From the NCBI GenBank assembly GCA_964619725.1, contig CAZUFC010000006.1, forward strand, positions 1 through 64,000: 64,000 nucleotides of DNA, in the 5' to 3' direction. The DNA comes from an uncultured bacterium. GTDB lineage: Bacteria; CSSED10-310; CAZUFC01. The notes beneath the pieces were generated by a model that ran no database searches, had not been told where the DNA came from, and saw only the letters and a list, made by a program, of their open reading frames with translations. This document shows, in pieces, positions 40,415 through 50,600 of this stretch. The first letter of the stretch is position 1, and each line of letters opens with the position of its first letter. The translations under genes were made by a program, and so were the position numbers.

Positions 40415-42157
40415 ATGAAAAATTTTTTGAGAGAAAGAATAATGATTAAACATTTTTGGTTAGTGATGTTTCCGCTATCCTTGTCGATCGTTTTATTGTC
40501 TCCATCCGGCGAGTCTGAGATTATACGTATCCCTTTTGATTATCCTACAATTCAAGAGGGGATCAATGCTTCTGAAGAAGGCGATACTGTTCTTATCACC
40601 GAGGGTATATATACAGGACAGGGAAACAGGGATATCACTTTTAATGGGAAAGCCATTAAAGTAACTTCAGAAAGTGGAGCAGAAAAAACTATAATTGAAC
40701 CGAATGGAAATGAACAAGAGCCTTATTGTGGGTTCATTTTCAATAACGGGGAAAATGAAAACTCGGTACTTGATGGATTTACAATTAGAAAAGGGGCCAG
40801 ATTCGGAAATCCGGGAGGTGGGGGAATTGAAATCAACAGCTCTTCACCAAGCATAGAAAATTGCATAATCGAAAACAATAAAGGAGGCGGCATCGGTGTC
40901 TGCTCTCAGGGTTCCGTCAACGCGTCTCCGTTAATTGCCAATTGTCAAATATCAGGTAATGATGATTGGGGAGGCATGGCTGGAGGAATAGCTTGTTGTG
41001 CCAGTACTGCACCCTATATTGTAGATTGTACAATTAGCGACAATTCTGGTTCCGGGTTGCATTGTTATAATTCGTATTCTTCTCCAACCATAGTAAATAC
41101 TAGAATAATGTGTAATTCTGCAAACAAAGGAGCTGGAATACATGCAATCGTCCATACTTTTCCCACAATAAGTAACTGTTTGATCATATCGAACAGTGCC
41201 GCATACGCAGGAGGAGGAATATATTTTGAACACCCTCTGGGTCCCTCTGTTAAAATTGAAAACTGTACTATTTCAGAAAACAGCGCCGATTATGGAGGGG
41301 GCATTTATTGTCTTGAATGTGAAAATTCCATTGAAATTTTAAACAGTATCCTTTGGGATAATAGCGCGGATCACGGGTCTGAAATTTATATGGATCGATT
41401 GGATATCATAAGCATCAGCTACAGCGATGTATACGGCGGACAACAAAATATTCATATTTGCGACAATTGCACCCTTCAGTGGGGATCAGGCATGATCAAC
41501 CAAGACCCTCTATTTTCATCAGGATACTGGGGAAGCCATTATCTAAGTCATATTGCCGCTGGTCAGTTAATGGACAGTCCTTGTATCGATACTGGCAGTG
41601 AACTGGCAAAGGATATTTTTTACTTGAGTTTGAATGAAACAATTTACATGGATGAAATGACAACCAGAAGGGATCATGTCGAAGACAGCGGCTTCGTCGA
41701 TATAGGATATCATTGTTCGATAAACATTCCAACACGGTCCCCTACACCAACTGGGACTTGGTTTTCTCCCACTCAAACGCCTACATTTCCTTGTATTTCC
41801 ACAGGAATAAAGCTGGAAATGCCGTCTCACACATTTAAAACAGGCGACTTATGTTATCTTTGGATGTTTGTCTGCAACTTAAATGGCGATCCAATGACAC
41901 AATATCCTTTATTCTTAATCCTTGATGTATATGGCGATTACTGGTTCGCTCCTTCATGGAAATCTAACCAGGAGGGTTTTGATTATTATATTTCAAACTG
42001 GCCGGAAGGACTCACGGAATTCGTCGTAATTGATGCCTTCGTCTGGCCCGGAGATATTGGCGAAGCTTCCGGAATAACATTCCATGCCGCCTTCACAGAT
42101 CCACAAATGACAAGGATTTTGGGAGAAACGGATTCGTGGACTTTCGGATGGGAGTAG
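40415..42157 (+). CDS. Secreted right-handed beta-helix repeat protein with the conserved C-terminal domain
   Basis: DYPTIQEGI..GDTV, repeated GGGI / NC.I..N motifs, short PT linker, tail shared with the 17001 and 42387 proteins; visibly more AT-rich than its neighbours. Confidence 0.85.
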   Translation: MKNFLRERIMIKHFWLVMFPLSLSIVLLSPSGESEIIRIPFDYPTIQEGINASEEGDTVLITEGIYTGQGNRDITFNGKAIKVTSESGAEKTIIEPNGNEQEPYCGFIFNNGENENSVLDGFTIRKGARFGNPGGGGIEINSSSPSIENCIIENNKGGGIGVCSQGSVNASPLIANCQISGNDDWGGMAGGIACCASTAPYIVDCTISDNSGSGLHCYNSYSSPTIVNTRIMCNSANKGAGIHAIVHTFPTISNCLIISNSAAYAGGGIYFEHPLGPSVKIENCTISENSADYGGGIYCLECENSIEILNSILWDNSADHGSEIYMDRLDIISISYSDVYGGQQNIHICDNCTLQWGSGMINQDPLFSSGYWGSHYLSHIAAGQLMDSPCIDTGSELAKDIFYLSLNETIYMDEMTTRRDHVEDSGFVDIGYHCSINIPTRSPTPTGTWFSPTQTPTFPCISTGIKLEMPSHTFKTGDLCYLWMFVCNLNGDPMTQYPLFLILDVYGDYWFAPSWKSNQEGFDYYISNWPEGLTEFVVIDAFVWPGDIGEASGITFHAAFTDPQMTRILGETDSWTFGWE

Positions 42158-42164
42158 CTGGTTT

Positions 42165-42211
42165 AACTCAAAAGCAATTGAATATATGGTCATCGGAGGA
42201 TATGCCGTTGG
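42165..42211 (+). repeat. 47-bp direct copy of an internal segment of the nucleotidyltransferase gene (39242-39288)
   Basis: AACTCAAAAGcAATTGAATATaTGGTCATCGGAGGATATGCCGTtGG, 44/47 identical. Confidence 0.85.
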
Positions 42212-42386
42212 TTTGCTGCTTGACGGTCGCTGGGGAGTATGATCGGGTCCCATTTTTTGACTTCCAGATGGTGAGGTAATAAAAAGGAAATGTTTCCGGT
42301 TGCGCGGCGGGAAGAGTAGAAGCGGACGCGTGACGGGAAAATGAGCGCTGATAGTTGATCATTAAATACTGCGGAAAGGGTAACAG

Positions 42387-45300
42387 ATGAAAATATCACG
42401 GAATTGTTCTGCGATTTTTGTATTTTTGATTATATTATTTTTTTCAGTGGTTTCGGGAGAGTTTTCGACATCGGCTGCCGGCTGGTTTTCGTTTGCTGAT
42501 GCGGATGAATCTTCTTCGATTGAGGTTAAAAACCTGAATATGGGGCCCGACGGCCTGGAATTTGAGATCGAATTTCCCGGCATGTTTTTTCAGGAGGTTC
42601 AGATCAGGAATCGACGGTTCGTTGAGGTTGATATGCCGGGAGCGGGACGTTGCGGGGAGACGGGACATCCATCTTTGCCTGCTTTCAGGCGTTTTATTCA
42701 TATACCTTTTTGCGAGGGTTTTTCGATTGAAACGGAAATACTGGAGAAGGGAACCGTGACTTTGGCTCAAGTCGGTTACGGTCTGGAAATATCTCCTGTG
42801 CAGCCGCCGCTGGATAAAATACCCGGAGCCTATGAATCAATGAGGGTGGAGTATGATGAAAGCGCTTATCGCAGGGATGGTTACAGTCCTGAAATTTCGG
42901 CTTCGGTCGGTTATCCCGGCATGGCCAGGGGGCATCGGACGGTTCTGTTGGAAGCTTTTCCCGTGTCTTACAATGCTGTTGAAAGGGCTGTCGAATACTG
43001 TTCCGGAATGCGGATAAAAATAACTTTCCAGAATGCGGACATAATGAGGACGAAGAAATGCCTGAAGCGGTACCGGAATGTGTTGTTCGACCGGCTGGTA
43101 TCGAGTTTTTTAATCAACCCGGAGTTTATGTATTTTTTGACTGATTATCCGCCGCTTCCGCCGCCCTCCTTTTTAATTATCGTTCACGACGAATTTGAAT
43201 CGGCCGTTTATCCTTTCGCTCAGGTGAAGCAAAGCCTGGGTTATGACGTTTCTATAGCGAATACGAGTGAAACGGGCGATACGGCTTCAGAAATAAAAGA
43301 GTATATTTCAGAAGCCTATGATACCTGGCCCAATCCTCCGGTTTATGTCTTGCTGGTAGGGGATACGGATTACATACCGGCGTGGTGGGGAAGCCACAGT
43401 TATTCAGAAACGGATATCGATTATTCATTGCTTCAGGACGGCGATTATCTTCCTGACGTAGCGTTGGGTCGATGGCCTGTCAATAGCCTGTTGCAGACGG
43501 CGATCATAGTGGAAAAGACGCTGGCGTATGAATTGGCGGAAATGGAGGAGGATTCGTTTTACGGTCAGGGCGTCTTTATTGCCTCATCCGATGCCGGGGG
43601 AATGGCGGAGGATACGCATAACTGGGTGATCAGCAATTACCTGGAGCCTGACGGTCATATGGCTCACAGGGTCTGGGAATCCCAGGGCGGCAATACGAGC
43701 GACGTCATCGAGAATTTGAACGAGGGGCGCGGGTGGTGCGTTTATTCGGGGCATGGATCGCCGTCCGGATGGTTATGCGTTTACTTTCAGAAAGGCCATA
43801 TCAAAAACGACCTGACGAATTACGAAAAGTATCCGCTGGTGAGTTCTCACGCTTGTTCGACAAACACCTATGAGGATGCGGAATGTTTCGGGGAAACCTG
43901 GCTGGTGGAGGAGGAGACGGGCGGCATAGCGTTCTGGGGAGCATCGGCTACGACTCAATGGGACGAGGATGATATAATCGAGAAGGGGCAGTTCAGGGGA
44001 TTAGTGGAGGATAAAATATATGCGTATTCCATGACGACGGATTACGGCAAGTATGATCTTGTGTTGGAGTATGGCTGGTCAGGCAGCGTCTATGATTATT
44101 ATGAGAAGTATGTGGTGCACGGTGATCCTTCAATCGACCCGTTTACGGATGTGCCGGAGGAATTGACGGTGGTTCATGATCCGACGGCTCCGGTAGGCGA
44201 GTATGATTACGAGGTATATGTAGAAGGAGCGGGAGGAGCTGTGGAAGGGGCATTGGTGAATTTGATGCTGGATGAGGTAGCATTGGCGACAGGTTACACG
44301 GATTCGTCGGGCAGCGTCGCTTTAACGATATATCCGCAAGCAGCCGGCGAGATGTCGGTCAACGTATCGGCTCATAATGCAGCGCCGTATTTTGGGATAT
44401 GCATGGTTACGCCGCAGGGTTGCGGATTCATTGATTTGGACCGCGAAATATACGCATGCGGTATGGAAGCGGAAATAGCCGCCTGGGACACTGACCTTAA
44501 TAGTGATCCGGGAGTCGTCGATACGGCGGAGGTTTTTCTTTGGAGCGACTCGGAGCCTGACCCGGAGACGCTGACGATAACGGAGACGGGGAACGATACG
44601 AATGAATTCCGGGGAACCATACTGCTGTCAGGCAGTCAGGGCGGACCGGGATATTTGCTTGTTTCTCACGGCGATACGGTAACCCTGAATTATTACGATG
44701 AAGATTGCGAGGGTGAGCCTGCGGACGTATATGATTATGCGGTCATGGATTGTGCCGGTCCGGTTATAACGGGAATATCTTCGAGTGAAATAACGGATGA
44801 TGGAGCGTTGATAAGCTGGATCACGGATGAACTATCTGACAGCATTGTTGATTATGGCCCGACCTTGCCGCCGGAAAGGAGCGTTTCCGATTCGAGTATG
44901 ACGACGGAACACAGCATGAGGTTAAGCGCACTGGAGTGTTGCGAGGAATATTATTTCCGTGTGACTTCGACCGATTCGCTGGGCAATACGACGATAGACG
45001 ACAATGGAGGCGATTATTACGTTTTTTCTACTTTGGGGCGCTTTTTGGTGATGAACGCTGAGATGAACAGCGATCCGGTATGGGCCATTTCCGGAGGCGA
45101 TTGGGAATACGGCATACCGTTGGGGGAAGGGGGTTTCGCCGGTTCTCCCGACCCTGAATCGGGGCATACGGGCGATCACGTCTACGGTTACAACCTGGAA
45201 GGCGATTACGACAACAGCGTGCCGGCATATCATCTGACGACGCTGCCGGTCGATTGTTCTGCAGCAGGCGCAACGATCCTGAGTTTCTACAGGTGGCTGG

Positions 45301-47345
45301 GAGCTTCTTATTCCGACCAGGCCCTGTTGTCGGCATCAAACGACGGAGAAAATTGGGATGAATACTATCGCAGCAGTTCTTACATCTCTGATGATGAATG
45401 GGTAGAATGCACGTACGATATCTCGGAAACGGCCAACGGACATTCCGAAGTATATGTTCGTTGGACGATGGGACCGACCACACAGAGCGTAACATCGTGC
45501 GGATGGAATATCGACGACGTGCAAATTTCTATGCTGGCGTCCTGCAACGCGCCGGTTCTGGGCTATGTCGAGCACGGCATTGACGATTCTTTCGGAAACG
45601 GCGACAGTGAACCGAATCCCGGCGAGATAATCGAATCATGTATAACGCTTCACAACCATTCTGCAACAACGGCGACGGGGCTCCAGGCATTCGTTACTGA
45701 AGATGGAGATGCGATTACGGTCCTCAACGGAGATATCGTTTTTCCGGATATTCCACCTGAAAGCGAGGGAATTTCGATTCCGCCCGGTTTGATCATACAG
45801 ATCAGTCCGCAGGCGCAGGATGGAGACGTCGTCAGATTCGACATGGAATGGACGTCGGCCGAGACGTCTGGAACGGTTTATTTCTCCGAAAGGGTTGTGG
45901 CTCCTGTAATTGAATTCAGGGATTTCACCATAGACGATTCAGCAGGAAACAATGATCTTAAAATAGACCCTGGTGAATTCATCCGCCTGCCCGTTCTGTT
46001 GAAAAACGCCGGCCATGGAACCGCTGCAGTAATAACCGGCTTATTGAGCTCAGATTCTGCTTATATAGAGATAAACGACGAGACCGCCTCCTGGGAAAGT
46101 ATGGAGTCGCAGGAAGCTTGTTGGAGTTCGGAACATTTCGGCTTTACTGTCGATGATGCAGCGCCCATCGGCGAAATCGTTACTTTTCGTCTGGACATAG
46201 AGACGCAATATTTTTCCGGCATTTTTTATTTTAAAACTCACATCGGAGCGCGTCCGGTCCTGGTTATTGATGATGATGCAGGTCCGTTCGCTGAATTGTT
46301 CGTTTCAATTCTGACCGATGCAGGATTCGCTGTTTCGCTGCAGACTGCCGCAGAAACTCAGGCGTCGGAATGGCCGGATTATTTGTTCATCGTCTGGAGC
46401 GCCGGGGCCTGCATTAATCCTTTGATTGAAGATGAGTGGAGAGAGAATCTGGTAAATTACGTCAATGAAGGCGGCCGATTGCTGATCGAAGGGGGTGAAA
46501 TATGCCGCGACTTCGAATACGGAGATTGGGATTTTCTTTACACGGTATGTCATGTTGACGACTGGAATGCGAACAGTTCAGGAAATCTTCATCTAAACGA
46601 ACCCGGTCACCCTCTGGCCAATTCACCTTATGTCTTGCCTTCAGAAATTCAACATAACGACCTTAACGCGGGGGATGAGGATGCGTGCGAGGTCGCAGAC
46701 GGAGCCGATCTGATTTACCGGTGGACTGCCGAACCGGGCGGAGGCGTAATTGCATACGACGATGACGACGATGCTGAAAATGGCGGACAGACAGTCTTTT
46801 ACTCCTTTACCCTGGGCCGAATCCCCAATGCGGACGTCAGGGCAAGATTGTTGAAAAATACGGCAGGATGGCTACTGGGCATTCCCGACGCACCCTTCAC
46901 GCCTACTCCGGACCCGACGACAACGCCGACCGGCATGCCCACCTGTATTCCGACGCCGACTACCGTCCCTACTTCACTTCCCACGATATCCCCCACGCCT
47001 TCCAGCGTCATTTTCAAACTTATCCTGAACAAAAACAGATTCCGTGCCGGCGATGATTTTATTCTGGACAGACGATTGAGTAATCCCGGCGAGTCCTTGG
47101 CGGCCTATGAATTCATTATTCTCGACATTTACGGAGAATACTGGTTTTACGATGACTGGACGCGGCAAATCGACTGGCTTGATATCCTGGTCCCAGCTCG
47201 CTCGGATCAGACGAAAAATATACTGTCCTTCATTTGGCCGGATGCCGCCGGTTCCAGTCAGGGCTTGAAATTCTGGGGAGCATTGCTCGACGATCAATCC
47301 AACCTGATCAGCAATATCGATTCGTTTGAATGGAGTTTTGAGTAA
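42387..47345 (+). CDS. Gingipain-like peptidase C25 with propeptide, Ig/FN3 domains, PT linker and the conserved C-terminal domain
   Basis: Propeptide G.P.LP; YVLLVGD..IP, D..Y..D..PD..GR; catalytic YSGHG and HAC; F.E.W, GD.S; tail shared with two other proteins. Confidence 0.88.
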   Translation: MKISRNCSAIFVFLIILFFSVVSGEFSTSAAGWFSFADADESSSIEVKNLNMGPDGLEFEIEFPGMFFQEVQIRNRRFVEVDMPGAGRCGETGHPSLPAFRRFIHIPFCEGFSIETEILEKGTVTLAQVGYGLEISPVQPPLDKIPGAYESMRVEYDESAYRRDGYSPEISASVGYPGMARGHRTVLLEAFPVSYNAVERAVEYCSGMRIKITFQNADIMRTKKCLKRYRNVLFDRLVSSFLINPEFMYFLTDYPPLPPPSFLIIVHDEFESAVYPFAQVKQSLGYDVSIANTSETGDTASEIKEYISEAYDTWPNPPVYVLLVGDTDYIPAWWGSHSYSETDIDYSLLQDGDYLPDVALGRWPVNSLLQTAIIVEKTLAYELAEMEEDSFYGQGVFIASSDAGGMAEDTHNWVISNYLEPDGHMAHRVWESQGGNTSDVIENLNEGRGWCVYSGHGSPSGWLCVYFQKGHIKNDLTNYEKYPLVSSHACSTNTYEDAECFGETWLVEEETGGIAFWGASATTQWDEDDIIEKGQFRGLVEDKIYAYSMTTDYGKYDLVLEYGWSGSVYDYYEKYVVHGDPSIDPFTDVPEELTVVHDPTAPVGEYDYEVYVEGAGGAVEGALVNLMLDEVALATGYTDSSGSVALTIYPQAAGEMSVNVSAHNAAPYFGICMVTPQGCGFIDLDREIYACGMEAEIAAWDTDLNSDPGVVDTAEVFLWSDSEPDPETLTITETGNDTNEFRGTILLSGSQGGPGYLLVSHGDTVTLNYYDEDCEGEPADVYDYAVMDCAGPVITGISSSEITDDGALISWITDELSDSIVDYGPTLPPERSVSDSSMTTEHSMRLSALECCEEYYFRVTSTDSLGNTTIDDNGGDYYVFSTLGRFLVMNAEMNSDPVWAISGGDWEYGIPLGEGGFAGSPDPESGHTGDHVYGYNLEGDYDNSVPAYHLTTLPVDCSAAGATILSFYRWLGASYSDQALLSASNDGENWDEYYRSSSYISDDEWVECTYDISETANGHSEVYVRWTMGPTTQSVTSCGWNIDDVQISMLASCNAPVLGYVEHGIDDSFGNGDSEPNPGEIIESCITLHNHSATTATGLQAFVTEDGDAITVLNGDIVFPDIPPESEGISIPPGLIIQISPQAQDGDVVRFDMEWTSAETSGTVYFSERVVAPVIEFRDFTIDDSAGNNDLKIDPGEFIRLPVLLKNAGHGTAAVITGLLSSDSAYIEINDETASWESMESQEACWSSEHFGFTVDDAAPIGEIVTFRLDIETQYFSGIFYFKTHIGARPVLVIDDDAGPFAELFVSILTDAGFAVSLQTAAETQASEWPDYLFIVWSAGACINPLIEDEWRENLVNYVNEGGRLLIEGGEICRDFEYGDWDFLYTVCHVDDWNANSSGNLHLNEPGHPLANSPYVLPSEIQHNDLNAGDEDACEVADGADLIYRWTAEPGGGVIAYDDDDDAENGGQTVFYSFTLGRIPNADVRARLLKNTAGWLLGIPDAPFTPTPDPTTTPTGMPTCIPTPTTVPTSLPTISPTPSSVIFKLILNKNRFRAGDDFILDRRLSNPGESLAAYEFIILDIYGEYWFYDDWTRQIDWLDILVPARSDQTKNILSFIWPDAAGSSQGLKFWGALLDDQSNLISNIDSFEWSFE

Positions 47346-47636
47346 AATCAATCAATTTTTAATCGTTGCTGAGTCATTATTTATGCAGGTCGTTTTTACG
47401 GCAGCAAATAAATCTATTTCGCTCCCCATAAATTCTTGACATCAGTCGAATTTTCCTTAATATGAAAATGTTAAGCGGTTAGTATCGCGTGTGACGCCGC
47501 TTCAACACTCCACAATAAACCCACCCAAAAAGAAACATTATTTCATTTGTAATATTGACTTAAGGATTTTTATTCTAACGTTATTTTTTCTTAATGAATA
47601 TCTTTCCCAACGATGACGCGGGAAAAGTACTAAAGC

Positions 47637-47660
47637 AAAACGGGTACAAAAACGGGTACA
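47637..47660. repeat. 12-bp tandem direct repeat immediately upstream of the kinase start
   Basis: AAAACGGGTACA twice. Confidence 0.8.
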
Positions 47661-47665
47661 ATTGA

Positions 47666-50600
47666 ATGAGTGCAGGAAAAAGCATTGATCCGGAACAAAA
47701 AGAACGAGCAGCAGAAGACAATGCTGGTGATAGTTCTGAAGAGAATATTGAAGCCTTGCTGGAAGAATTTTTCGAGCAGGAAAAAGATAATGTTCCTGAA
47801 AAGCGGCGACGAATAATCGAAGCTTTTCGAAGAAGCGAAGCCCGGTACAGAAATCTTTTCGACAATGCTCAGGTGGGTCTTTTTCGAACAAGGTTAAGCG
47901 ACGGAAAGGCTTTGGAATGTAACCAACTGATGGCGGAGATGCTGGGATATGAGAACATTGAGGAATGCAAGGAGCACATAGTTGCATCAGAAATGTATGC
48001 GGACCCGGGGCGTCGAGATGAGATGCTGAGGGAATTAGAGAGGAAAGGGCGAGTAAGAAATTTTGAGGTAAAGGGAAGGCACAAGGACGGGTCGACGTTC
48101 TGGATGAGCTTTTCCGCAGCGATGTTCAAGGAATCAGGATATCTGGAAGGAGCTGTTATTGATATTACCGATAAGAAAGCAGCTGTTGAATCGCTTCGGG
48201 AGAGTGAACAGAATTACAGGATGCTTACGGAAGGGTTGCATGACATCGTGTTTGTAATTTCTTCAACGGGTATTGTGGAATATTGCAGTCCGGCGGTCCG
48301 TGAATTCGGGGGATATGACCCGGAGGAAGAGGTCGGCAAACATGTCGGGAAATATTTCGCGAAAAAGCCGGAGTTGCTCAAAGCGCTGATGCTGATGAAG
48401 AAGGTTATCGTAAATAAGAAATCCGCGCAGATGGAAGTTATGTATCGGCCGAAAAGGGGGGATCCTTTTTACGTGGAGGTCACGGGCAAACCCTTGATAA
48501 GAAGCAACGGACGCGCCAATGTGCTTTGTCTTATGAGGGATATCAGGGAGCGAAAACGTAATGAGAATCTTCTGAAGATTCAAAGAGACATCGGTAATAT
48601 ATTGAGTTCTCAATGTAATTTGGAGGAAGCGCTGAGCCAGATATTAAAAGCGGTGTGTCGATTGGACGGAGTGGAATGCGGAGGAGTGTACAGGATAGAT
48701 AAGCGAACTGGGGAGATAAGACTGGTATCCCATCTGAACTTATCGAGAAATTTCGTCGAGAGAGTTACTTGTTTCGACCCAGACTCTTCCCAGGCAAGAT
48801 CCGCCAGGAAAGGTAAGCCGCTTTATTTTAACAGGACAGGCAAATATGCTTCAGTCAGCCGCAATGTCTCCAGGGAAGGGGTGCTCAGTTATGTATTGTT
48901 ACCGGTCAAAAAGGGTAAAGAGACTATAGCCGTTCTGAATTTAGGGTCCAGAACATATCATGAAATACCTGAATCTTCTCGCAATGCTCTGGAAATAATA
49001 GCCGCACAGGCGGGCGGCATTATCGCGAGAGTAGAAGCGGAGGATGCGCTGCTTGAAAGTGAGCGAAAATACAGAAATCTGTTTGAATCTTCCCGCGATG
49101 CAATAATGATGCTGGATAGGGAGCAAATTTTCGATTGTAATCAGGCTACGTTAGACCTTTATCGATATGCGACCAAAAGTGATTTTCTGAAAAAGAGTTT
49201 CAGCGATTTGACGGATTCTTCTCAAATGAAATGCGAGAATTTTCGTTTTGAACTGGAAAAGCATATCGATAGCGCTTACGAAACGGGCGGTGATTTTTTC
49301 GAATGGGTGCATAAACGGGCAGACGGAACCGAATTCAATTCAGAGATATCTATGACTCGTTTTGAGCTTGATGGCCGGGATGTCTTGCAGGTGATGGTCC
49401 GCGACATAACCGATCGAAAGTTAGTGGAACAGGAGCTGAACAAATTCAAAACAATAACGGACAGGGCCAATTACGGAGCGGCCATAATGAGTCTTGGGGG
49501 GAATTTTCTATATGTAAACGGGTGTTTTGCGAGTATGCACCGGTATGATGCGGATGACCTCATTAACAAACCGGGGAGTATACTTTATGATGATTTGCCT
49601 CGTAAGCGTTTCGCCCGACTGATGGAGAAGGTCAGAATACAGGGAGGCGTTGCAGCGGAGGAACTGGAGCACAAAAGGAGCGACGGGACCCGATTTACCG
49701 GGCTGAACAACATATATTTAATAAAGGACGAGGAGAATCTGCCGCTGTATATATCTGCGACGACGATCGACATATCGGACAAGAAGCGTCTGCAGGCGAG
49801 ATTGCAGCGCGCTCAGAAAATGGAAGCGATAGGAACGCTGGCAGGAGGAGTTGCGCATGATCTGAACAATATTTTAAGCGGTCTGGTGAGTTATCCTGAG
49901 CTTATTCTGATGGACCTGCCGGAAGAGAGCAATTTGCGGCAGCCTATCGCAACGATAAAGAAAGCGGGAGATAAAGCTGCGGCAGTGGTTCAGGATTTGC
50001 TGACGCTGGCCAGAAGAAATGTTGCCGTAACGGAAATAGTAAATTTGAACGACATCGTCACGGAATATTTCCATACGCCGGAATTCCAGAAACTCAAAAA
50101 TACATACCCGGAAATCGACTTCAAGCTTGACCTGAAGGAAGATTTAATGAATATAACCGGATCGCCGGTCCATTTATCGAAAACATTGATGAATCTGGTG
50201 ACGAATGCGGTTGAGGCTATTGAAGGAGAAGGCGCGGTTAAAATTTCAACGGACAACGGATACGTGGATCGAAATCTGAGGGGTTATGACAATATTAAAG
50301 AAGGAGATTATGCTGTATTGACGGTCGAAGACGACGGCATGGGCATATCGGACGAAGACAGGGATAAAATTTTTGAGCCGTTCTTCACGAAAAAGATTAT
50401 GGGAAGAAGCGGAACCGGACTGGGAATGTCGGTGGTCTGGGCCAGCGTCAAGGATCACAATGGATTCATTGATCTTCACACCTCGGTTAACCGGGGGACG
50501 GTCTTCAAATTATATTTTCCGACGACCCGAAAAGAAGCTAAAACCGAATCCGAGGCTTCATCGATAGAAGCATGTATGGGCTCCGGAGAAACTGTTCTGG

